The translations under genes and the position numbers were made by a program. The notes beneath the pieces were generated by a model. The model saw only the letters and a program-made list of their open reading frames with translations, made no database searches and was not told where the DNA came from. From Gemmatimonadota bacterium (lineage in GTDB: Bacteria; Gemmatimonadota; Gemmatimonadetes; Gemmatimonadales; GWC2-71-9): DNA of 64,000 bases. The stretch lies in contig JAJCZX010000010.1 of the NCBI GenBank assembly GCA_029262195.1, positions 67,352-131,351 on the forward strand. Reading direction: 5' to 3'. Every line of letters starts with the position of its first letter. The first letter of the stretch is position 1. This document shows, piece by piece, positions 8,700 through 15,848 of the stretch.

Positions 8700-9927
8700 G
8701 GAGGTAATCCTCCTGGCGATAGCGGTCTTCCATTTTGAAGAGCATCCGCCGTATCCCGTCGAGTTCCGGAATGCTCAGCTCGGCCAGCGTGCGCTCGCAG
8801 AGAAAAGACCGCGCATGTGATGCCTCGGACTCCGTTCCTGGAAGGACGCTCCCGTGCCGGTCCAGCCAATCGATCAACGTCGCCCGATCATCCGTCGGCA
8901 CCCGACGATACTCGGCTTTCAGGTACTGCAAGATGCGGAGCCCGTCGAGTCGCTCGTGGCAGGCGCGGACGAATCGATCCACCGTCTTGTGGTTCTCGCG
9001 CAGTGGTTGCCAGGGGTCATCGGTGTCGGTTTTTTTGCGAAGGAATCCGTCCAGCGGAGTCTCTACCGGCGCGGCGAACAGATTGGGGAAGGCCTCGGTC
9101 GTGCGGCGAACCCTGTCGAAGAGTTCTGCAGGATAAAGTGGGTAGCGGTCGGTGTATTCGCCCTCGCACGCCGCGACGATGGCTTGACCGGTACCGACGG
9201 GAACGCGCCAGGACTTGCGGGTCGCTGGAGCGACCGGAGCGTCGGACCAGTGAAGCACCCGGCCGTGTTTGGTCAGTTTCTGCAGAAAGTAGAAGTCCTC
9301 GCCGCTGGTGCGAGGCGTCAGGCCCCCCACCTTCCGGTAGACGTACACCGGCAGCGCGATCGCCGAGCCGAGCGCGGTGAACGCGTAAGGCGACCCGATT
9401 CGCCACAGGTTGAGGGCGTAGTAGCGCATGTAGATCTCGTACCCCAACATGGCGCGCGTGACGGCGTCGTCTTCCGTGAGGGGATGGAGGTATCGCGCCG
9501 ACAGGCCGCAGGCAGTCGGGTGCCGGGCGAATGCGGCGACGAGCGACTGCAGGTAGCCCGGGGGCGTCAGGGTGTCGGCGTCCAGGCTGACGATGAGATC
9601 GTGAGGGGCGGCCGCAGCACTGATCGCATCCATCAATTCCTTCCGGGCGTGGCCGACTCCGCCCCGCTTCGGCGGCCAGCCCCGGCCCGGCGAGGTGCGG
9701 TCGATGATGCGGAGGTCGAGGTCCGTGATGGCGGAGAGCAGTTGGAGAGAGGCCTGGTTCGCATCGCGCACGACACGTCGATCCGGGTCGTGTTGCCAGG
9801 CCTCCGGTTGGTTGACGCATAGCCAGGTGACGAATCGCACTCCGTCTTGTTGCCGAAGCGCGTCGAGGCAGCCGGGAAGGCGCTCGACCTCGTCCTGAAC
9901 CGGGATGGCTACGTGGACAATCGGCAC
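8692..9927 (-). CDS. glycosyltransferase, family 2-like
   Basis: 411 aa. N-terminal Rossmann-like GT-A start (VAIPVQDEVERLPGCLDAL) and a DxD-type motif (SLDADT). Overlaps miaA by 8 nt. Confidence 0.7.
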   Translation of the reverse strand: MPIVHVAIPVQDEVERLPGCLDALRQQDGVRFVTWLCVNQPEAWQHDPDRRVVRDANQASLQLLSAITDLDLRIIDRTSPGRGWPPKRGGVGHARKELMDAISAAAAPHDLIVSLDADTLTPPGYLQSLVAAFARHPTACGLSARYLHPLTEDDAVTRAMLGYEIYMRYYALNLWRIGSPYAFTALGSAIALPVYVYRKVGGLTPRTSGEDFYFLQKLTKHGRVLHWSDAPVAPATRKSWRVPVGTGQAIVAACEGEYTDRYPLYPAELFDRVRRTTEAFPNLFAAPVETPLDGFLRKKTDTDDPWQPLRENHKTVDRFVRACHERLDGLRILQYLKAEYRRVPTDDRATLIDWLDRHGSVLPGTESEASHARSFLCERTLAELSIPELDGIRRMLFKMEDRYRQEDYLRG

Positions 9928-10178
9928 GGTTGAACCTCGGGTGACTGCATCCCCAGCGCGCCGGTACAGGCTAACCTCTCTTCCTCGACCGCTTCAAATG
10001 GCAGGAACGCCGGAGCCTCAGATTGTCGTCGGTTATGTCGTGAGCTTCAATCAACGAGGTGATCCATTCGTTCGGATTCGTCATAAAATCTCCTCTACGT
10101 CAGGAAAATTGTTCACACCGGTATAATATGTAGCCATCTTCAGGTGGCGAATGGAATGATGACTCAACGTCTCCGTCG

Positions 10179-10307
10179 AATCGCTGTCGGTTCGACTGTC
10201 GGTTAATGTCGTAAAAGTACGGCACGATAACGTCAAAGTACGGTATAGCTCGGTCCAAACGTCGCAAAGTACGTTAATTTGCCGTAGTTGGCTGCTTATT
10301 CATATGG
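10179..10307 (+). repeat. conserved repeat-rich block, copy C
   Basis: Homologous to 6605-6746 and 11771-11899 (AATCGCTGTCGGTTCGACTGTCGGTTAATGTCGTAAAAGTACGG...GCCGTAGTTGGCTGC). Confidence 0.75.
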
Positions 10308-10419
10308 CCTGATAAGCGTGAGGTCGGAACGCAAAGGCGGCAACCGCCATGTCTCTGGTCCTATCTGGTCCAACCTTTGATTTGCGGCAATCTGTGGCTT
10401 TCGAATCTCCCAGGCCCAC
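10308..10419 (+). repeat. tRNA-Ile 3'-portion-like fragment C (split, shortest insert)
   Basis: CCTGATAAGCGTGAGGTCGG (10308-10327) is identical to the tRNA. GAATCTCCCAGGCCCAC lies at 10403-10419. The insert is ~75 nt. Confidence 0.7.
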
Positions 10420-10503
10420 TTTCCACAAGTTCAAACCCGCTTCGAGGCCGTTCACTGTTTTGTTCCACCGTCCTACAGTCCGACACCTCCCACTTTGTTC
10501 CTA

Positions 10504-11631
10504 TCAAGGCTGGGAATCGAAGGAAAGGTCCCCCGGTTCATCTTGTGTCAGCAACGACATCAGCCGGGGGTTGATGAACAGCTTCTCTCGTCCCGATTGT
10601 GTGTGTTCGAGCACCCCTGCGTTTGCCAACTCCCTGAGGTATGAAGATGCAGTTTGGCGTTTGGCGATGCCGGCATCTACGACGTTGGAAATGCGGCAAT
10701 AGGGTTGTACGAAAATCAGTTCAACCAATTCGCGACTATAGAACCCCGGGAACCTGTCTCTGGTGAAGCTCGTTGTTTCGACCATCAACTCTCGAATTGC
10801 TCGAATGCGATTTGTGGTCCAAGCTGCGGTTTCCGTCACGGCGGCCAGCATGAAGAGTAGCCAGCCTTCCCAGTCACCGTCCTGTGTTACGGCATTGAGG
10901 AGGCGGTAATATTCTGACTTTTTTGTGATGATGGCGCGGCTGAGGTAAAGGACCGGCAGTTCGAGTAGTCCGGTCTCTAGCAGATAGAGAAGATTGATAA
11001 TCCTGCCCGTGCGACCATTGCCGTCGGAAAAAGGGTGAATCGCCTCGAACTGGTAGTGTGCCACCGCCATACGAATAAGTGGGTCCAACGAATCATGATT
11101 GTGAAGGAACGATTCCCAGTTGGAAAGCAGGTCGCGAAGCAAGTCAGGGCCTTCGGGGGGAGTATAGATCGTATCTCCAGTCGCCTCGTTCATCAGGGCA
11201 GTGCCGGGCACCCGCCTAATCTGCATTTCGCAGCCCTTCAGGACGGAACAGACGTTCACCGCCGTAGCGATTGAGAGCGGTTTCGCCGCGATTATCTCGG
11301 CGCCGCGTCGAAGGGCAGCCCGGTAGCGGAGCGCTTCCTTCGTGGCGGGGTCGGCACCGTCTTCTCTGCCGGGACTTGCAAATTGAAACAAGCGGTCGGC
11401 CGTCGTTACGATATTCTCGATCTCGGAACTGGCGCGGGCCTCCAGAAGCGGGATGGTATTGATGAGCACATCCTGATTGGGCAGGAGAGCACCGGCTTGT
11501 TTCAACTCTGCAATGGCGGATCGTGCGTTGATGCACGCTTTTAGAACGGGTCGCGTTTCCAGGTCAGCTTCCGGCGGCAAACGGGGCAAGTCATTGTAAG
11601 CTCTTTCTGGATAAGGTTTTAGCATGGCCAA
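10504..11631 (-). CDS. Fic-family protein (class II, auto-inhibited) with C-terminal winged-helix region
   Basis: 375 aa. Active-site motif HPFSDGNGRTGR. N-terminal inhibitory motif SSEIEN fits (S/T)xxxE(G/N). C-terminal wHTH-like segment [24 protein letters not shown]. Confidence 0.92.
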   Translation of the reverse strand: MAMLKPYPERAYNDLPRLPPEADLETRPVLKACINARSAIAELKQAGALLPNQDVLINTIPLLEARASSEIENIVTTADRLFQFASPGREDGADPATKEALRYRAALRRGAEIIAAKPLSIATAVNVCSVLKGCEMQIRRVPGTALMNEATGDTIYTPPEGPDLLRDLLSNWESFLHNHDSLDPLIRMAVAHYQFEAIHPFSDGNGRTGRIINLLYLLETGLLELPVLYLSRAIITKKSEYYRLLNAVTQDGDWEGWLLFMLAAVTETAAWTTNRIRAIRELMVETTSFTRDRFPGFYSRELVELIFVQPYCRISNVVDAGIAKRQTASSYLRELANAGVLEHTQSGREKLFINPRLMSLLTQDEPGDLSFDSQP

Positions 11632-11684
11632 AATGAGTTCCTGGATGCGGAAGTGATATGTCGATGCAATCGACGCATCGGGCT

Positions 11685-11724
11685 AACGTGTCGAAATAAT
11701 AAGAAAATTTCGACACGTTGACAA
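11685..11724 (-). promoter_or_regulatory. putative Fic promoter embedded in a perfect 13-bp inverted repeat
   Basis: On the minus strand the promoter reads TTGTCA, 17 nt, TATTAT. The inverted repeat AACGTGTCGAAAT-9nt-ATTTCGACACGTT (11685-11719) spans the spacer and -10. A second inverted repeat, GTCGAT-tgc-ATCGAC, lies in the ~58-nt leader. Confidence 0.45.
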
Positions 11725-11770
11725 GAACTCAGTTTTAGGGCTGGATTTAGCTCCTTCTCGACCTCGTTAG

Positions 11771-11899
11771 CTGGGTGTCGGTCTTACTGTCGGTTAATGT
11801 CGTCAAAGTACGGCATGGAAGAGTCAAACTACGGCATGGCTCGGTCCGAAACGTCGCGGTATACGTTAAGATGCCGTAGTTGGCTGCGTATTGGGCTGG
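11771..11899 (+). repeat. conserved repeat-rich block, copy D
   Basis: Homologous to copies B and C (GTGTCGGTCTTACTGTCGGTTAATGTCGTCAAAGTACGGCATGG...GCCGTAGTTGGCTGC). Confidence 0.7.
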
Positions 11900-12073
11900 C
11901 CTGATATGCGTGAGGTCGGAATGCGAAGGCGAGCATTGTGAGTTGAGCGACTTTGCGCGCTGCAAATTCGCCGCTCGCCTGCACCATTCTGCAATCCCCC
12001 GTTCCACTGCGATACCCAAGTCATCTGATCAGATCAGCGTTTAATCTGCGGCTTCCAAATCTCCCAGACCCAC
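11900..12073 (+). repeat. tRNA-Ile 3'-portion-like fragment D (split)
   Basis: CCTGATATGCGTGAGGTCGG (11900-11919) and AAATCTCCCAGACCCAC (12057-12073) are separated by ~135 nt. The downstream flank (…CGACTTAGC…TTTTATTTTT, 12081-12130) resembles the terminator region after the intact tRNA. Confidence 0.7.
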
Positions 12074-12247
12074 TTCCCGCAAAGTTGAGCTCAGCTCCGA
12101 CTTAGCTCCTGGCAGGGTTTTATTTTTCGTGCCGAAAAGTGGCCTACTGTCGGGGGCTGCTGTCAATTGATTGCCTGCCGTCCCTTGGCTGCAGATGGAC
12201 CCATGCGTTAGTCGGCGTGACGATCCGTTGCCAGGGGGCTGATGGAT

Positions 12248-12276
12248 ATCCGGCCAGCCCGTCGAGCTGGCCGGAT
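12248..12276 (-). terminator. stem-loop downstream of the lipoprotein gene (possible terminator)
   Basis: Perfect 11-bp stem ATCCGGCCAGC / GCTGGCCGGAT with a 7-nt loop. No U tract on either strand. Confidence 0.3.
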
Positions 12277-12330
12277 GGATCCTGTGGGTGCGCTTCGGGC
12301 CTTGCCCAACTCAAAAAATACTCCGGGCCG

Positions 12331-12828
12331 TTACCGCCGAAAAACAACCTCGTGGGATTCAGATTGTCGGGTACGCGGGTCGACTGTAAGTGTCGCAAAA
12401 ATTTCGTCACCTTCAAGTCTGAGGTTGGTCAGGGCCATAATAGGTAGCGTACTGAAATCGCGACTCAAAGTAATCGTGGTGCCGTCGAGAGCAAATTCTC
12501 CTTCTTCTTCGACCAATGAACGGCCGTCGGGATCCGAAGCCACGGCACCCATAGAGACAGCCGTCAGGGCTTTATTCGTAATTACGAAAGAAGCCTTGTA
12601 GTCGGTCGCTCCCAATGCAATGGTTCCTCCTCTCCAGTGACAGCAGCCCCGGTCGGGGTCCTGGGGTAGAGTCTGGCCATTGAAGGAAACCATTGTATAA
12701 ACGGACGGCTCCGTTCGGCCGTCTGAGCAACCTGAAAAAATAGTGACCCCCACCAAGCCAACGACGAGAGACAAGAATCGAGGTGAGTACCCGAAACGGG
12801 GTTTGTCGATACCCTTGTTCAAAGACAT
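12331..12828 (-). CDS. hypothetical lipoprotein
   Basis: 165 aa. Signal peptide with lipobox (LVGVTIFSGC SDG). Confidence 0.6.
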   Translation of the reverse strand: MSLNKGIDKPRFGYSPRFLSLVVGLVGVTIFSGCSDGRTEPSVYTMVSFNGQTLPQDPDRGCCHWRGGTIALGATDYKASFVITNKALTAVSMGAVASDPDGRSLVEEEGEFALDGTTITLSRDFSTLPIMALTNLRLEGDEIFATLTVDPRTRQSESHEVVFRR

Positions 12829-13178
12829 TCTTTACCTCATTCGCTAGGGCTGCGAAGGTGAGCAGCCCGGTTTTCGTGAAATTCGGTTTGGGTGAAGCCA
12901 AGGTGTTACGGCGTTGGTTACCCAGCATTCCACACCGGGTTCCGGCCGGTGGGCCCAGTGGTGCTGTGGGAAGGGTACAAAACAGCCAATCTTCCTTATT
13001 ACCGAAAGGGAACCGAGCGCCTCTCGCAATTGATCCAAGTCGGGCCGCCGGTAGCACTTGATGATGGTGTTGACATCCTTCCGGCCCACCGAGGGCACAG
13101 AGTTGCTTCGGAGGGAGCTGGTCGGGTGGTTGCCTCCTTCTCAGACCGTGCCAGGTCTGAATTCCACGACGAGGAGAT

Positions 13179-13421
13179 CTAATTTCGCCCCAGTGACCAA
13201 TTCACCAATTCTTTCACAGCGGCAACCAGAGCGACACCCCACAGAGTTGCCGCAGTGGCTATCTGAACACATATCCCGGCCGCTATGGCTAACAAGATCA
13301 CACCGGAAGCGACAGCAACCGACTGGGAAACGACTACCAGTCCTCCCAGGACTGCTACCGAAAACATTATCAAGGCCACCGTTGGCCGGGTGAGCCCGGG
13401 AACTCTTTCTTGAGTGAACAT
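13179..13421 (-). CDS. small hypothetical membrane protein (2 TM)
   Basis: 80 aa with two hydrophobic helices. AGGA lies ~10 nt upstream of the ATG, and the gene is downstream of the sigma-54 promoter. An alternative-frame ORF (13141-13536) overlaps it completely, so the frame is uncertain. Confidence 0.4.
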   Translation of the reverse strand: MFTQERVPGLTRPTVALIMFSVAVLGGLVVVSQSVAVASGVILLAIAAGICVQIATAATLWGVALVAAVKELVNWSLGRN

Positions 13422-13531
13422 TGGCGCCAGGTCCTTTCCGCCGATGAGCCCCGTTTTTTCGCATCCCCTGTGTCCTTAAGATTTGGTCGAATGACACGCT
13501 AATCAAATGCTCACCTCCAATATCATTCACT

Positions 13532-13547
13532 TGCATTTCCCGGGCCA
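13532..13547 (-). promoter_or_regulatory. sigma-54 (-24/-12) promoter
   Basis: The minus strand reads TGGCCC-GGGAA-ATGCA against the consensus TGGCAC-N5-TTGCA. The GG and GC dinucleotides have the canonical spacing. It lies ~100 nt downstream of the sigma-54 activator gene and points at the small ORFs. Confidence 0.5.
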
Positions 13548-13643
13548 GACGCGTCGGTATATAGGACGTAGTTGTTGGCCGGGAGGCTGGAACCTGTGTT
13601 ACAAATTCGTGATTTTCGGAACCGCGTTTGTTTCAGTTGTGAA

Positions 13644-15044
13644 TCATTCGTCGCGCGTTCGCCGATAGGCCTTTGGGTCGATCGAATATTTGGTGAGCTT
13701 GCGCCAGAACGTGGGGCGGCTGATACCTAACTCTTCCGCGGCGTGCCCCGAATGTCCTGCATTGTTGATGAGTGCGGCAACGACGGTTTCTGCTTCGGCA
13801 CGTTGGAGGGGGAACCACTGTTGCGTACCCAAATGAGCGTCCATGAGAGGTCTGGGCGGCTGCAATTCTTCCGGCAAGTGACGGACATCGATGAGTCCTG
13901 AGTGGCAAAACGCGAACGTGTACTCGATGATATTCATCAATTCCCGAGCGTTGCCGGGGAATTGATGCCTGATCAGGATTTCGGCCACGGCCGGGGTGAC
14001 GCCGTCGACGTTTCGACCGGTCTTAGTATTGAAGCGTTCAATGAAATGATCGATCAGGTAGGGGATGTCTTCCTTTCGCTCCTTCAACGGCGGTATCGAA
14101 AGCCGCACAACAGCCAGGCGGAAATATAGGTCATCTCGAAAGAGACCCTGCTTGACCATGTCGGGAAGTTTTTTGTTGGTTGCAGCCACTACTCGTACAT
14201 CGGCTTTGAGCGGACCCGTTCCGCCAACGGGCTCATATTCTCGTTCCTGCAACAACCGCAGCAATTTCCCCTGGGTTTCCGGCAGCAAGTCACCGATCTC
14301 GTCGAAGAAGATAGTACCGCCCTCGGCCGCTTTGACCCGACCGGGTTTATCTTTTTTAGCGTCTGTGAAGGCACCCTTCTTGTATCCGAACAACTCCGAC
14401 TCAACCAGATTCGTCGGCAGTGTACCGCAATTGACCACTACATAGGGTCCGGCTTTTCGATGCCCCAGGTTGTGGATTGCTCGTGCTATCAACTCCTTTC
14501 CGGAGCCGCTCGGGCCTTCGATCAGTACGGTACTTTCGCTTTCTGATATCTCGGGCAGAATCCGAAACATCTTCTGGAATGCCTCGCTTTTTCCGACAAT
14601 GTCCTCTACAGTGTGCTGCGAATGAATTTCACGCCGAAGTTGCTCGAGGTCGGAGAGATCCCGGAATGTTTCGACAGCCCCAATGACGTTGCCGGTCTCG
14701 TCACGAAGTACCGCTGCGTTGATGTGGATTGGGATTTTGCGGCCATCCTGGCGAGTAATACGGGCAGGGCGCTCAGTGACCTCAATATCTGTATCCCATA
14801 TTTTGCGGATCGGGCAGTCGGAAGCACAGAGGTCGGAGTGAAAAACATCAGAGCAGGATCTACCGATGGCCTTTTGAGCCTGGACTCCCGTGATTCGCTC
14901 GGCGGCGCGGTTGAATGAAGTTATCCTGAGTTTTTGATCAACCGTAAACACTCCGTCCGCAATGTTTTGCAGAACGATCTGGAAGAACTCTGGTTCCGTC
15001 TCCGGTCGCATTGCAATCCCGATCAGATCGGCGGGGCTGGGCAA
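13644..15044 (-). CDS. sigma-54-dependent transcriptional activator (PAS-AAA+-Fis HTH)
   Basis: 466 aa. N-terminal PAS-like region, Walker A GPSGSGKE, GAFTDA loop, ESELFGY, and C-terminal Fis-type HTH (AAEELGISRPTFWRKL). No receiver domain. Confidence 0.92.
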   Translation of the reverse strand: MPSPADLIGIAMRPETEPEFFQIVLQNIADGVFTVDQKLRITSFNRAAERITGVQAQKAIGRSCSDVFHSDLCASDCPIRKIWDTDIEVTERPARITRQDGRKIPIHINAAVLRDETGNVIGAVETFRDLSDLEQLRREIHSQHTVEDIVGKSEAFQKMFRILPEISESESTVLIEGPSGSGKELIARAIHNLGHRKAGPYVVVNCGTLPTNLVESELFGYKKGAFTDAKKDKPGRVKAAEGGTIFFDEIGDLLPETQGKLLRLLQEREYEPVGGTGPLKADVRVVAATNKKLPDMVKQGLFRDDLYFRLAVVRLSIPPLKERKEDIPYLIDHFIERFNTKTGRNVDGVTPAVAEILIRHQFPGNARELMNIIEYTFAFCHSGLIDVRHLPEELQPPRPLMDAHLGTQQWFPLQRAEAETVVAALINNAGHSGHAAEELGISRPTFWRKLTKYSIDPKAYRRTRDE

Positions 15045-15145
15045 TTGTTATTTGGCCAACCCTGCCCCCGCGTTGGCATAGCCGATCCAACGAGCGGGAA
15101 ATGTTGATACACGGTCAGGATATAAAGGGGGGCGTGACGTGGTGG

Positions 15146-15340
15146 TTAAAAACCCGTTAGAATGTCCTTAGACAGGGGAACTAAATGTCGTTCTCTAAGT
15201 GCTGCAAGCGCATCCGTTGCCCAGTCGAGTAGGGCCGCGGTAAATATTCCCAGGCCCATTGGAATGGTGATTCCAGAATGGCGGATTGAGAATAGTGAAT
15301 TCTGCATTGCCGTCCGCCATTCAGTCTTCTGCAATCTCAT
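15146..15340 (-). CDS. small hypothetical protein
   Basis: 64-aa ORF between two same-strand genes. GAGG lies ~8 nt upstream of the ATG. It has one hydrophobic segment. Confidence 0.3.
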   Translation of the reverse strand: MRLQKTEWRTAMQNSLFSIRHSGITIPMGLGIFTAALLDWATDALAALRERHLVPLSKDILTGF

Positions 15341-15363
15341 GGTCCAACCTCACTCTCGCACCG

Positions 15364-15621
15364 TCACACCTCGGCCTCGCCTCTGACACCTTTGGTGCTT
15401 AACAGAGTCCACATGCTGATCAACGCCCAGGCCGCTTCGAGCACAACGAAACCGACACGTCGGTCGGCGACTGCGACTACGGTGAGAAGGCCGGCCCCCA
15501 CGATGTTAGCCCACAGATAGAGCCGGTTCGTGTTGTTGCACCGGTTACGATGAAGGGCGAGATAGGCGCCAAGCACGCAGGCGGCTCCGAGCGATGATGC
15601 TCCTTGTAAAAACAATTCCAT
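15364..15621 (-). CDS. small membrane protein (3 TM)
   Basis: The ORF is open from 15702, but the internal ATG at 15621 has GAGGT ~5 nt upstream and begins directly with the hydrophobic core (MELFLQGASSLGAACVLGAYLAL). Confidence 0.55.
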   Translation of the reverse strand: MELFLQGASSLGAACVLGAYLALHRNRCNNTNRLYLWANIVGAGLLTVVAVADRRVGFVVLEAAWALISMWTLLSTKGVRGEAEV

Positions 15622-15812
15622 TCTTACCTCGGTGATTGTATTCGGGCTTAAGGGGTCGGGCAATCGTAGTTGGGGGCTATGGAAGAGAAAACCGGTCTTC
15701 AAATCACCGCAATGTTACGCTCCGTTTTATGTCGGAAGGTACAACGTGGAGACGCCAGACACGGCCGACGTGAGTAAAAAGAGATGTGGTAGGAGCCGGT
15801 CCGCCGCCGCAT

Positions 15813-15832
15813 GCGGCCCCCTAAGGGGCCGC
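15813..15832 (-). terminator. stem-loop just downstream of the S9 peptidase gene
   Basis: GCGGCCCC-ctaa-GGGGCCGC, a perfect 8-bp GC-rich stem. No U tract. Confidence 0.3.
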
Positions 15833-15848
15833 TTCGGCCGGTGTCAAT

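Noticed and set aside
8854-9822. 322-aa plus-strand ORF and 267-aa minus-strand alternative-frame ORF within the glycosyltransferase gene
   Set aside because: The 8692-9927 frame has GT-A motifs and is coupled to miaA. The alternatives are Arg/Pro/Gly-rich with no motifs.
9971-10084. 37-codon minus-strand ORF with GGAGA 4 nt upstream of its ATG, ahead of the GT2-miaA operon
   Set aside because: It is very short and ends in a basic tail, and I cannot assess conservation. It may be a leader peptide, but that is unsupported.
13141-13536. Cys-rich 131-aa ORF as a RiPP or bacteriocin precursor
   Set aside because: It fully overlaps a plausible two-TM ORF in another frame. No maturation enzymes (radical SAM, YcaO, lanthipeptide synthetase, peptidase-ABC exporter) are nearby. 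It is kept only as an unresolved frame ambiguity in a finding.
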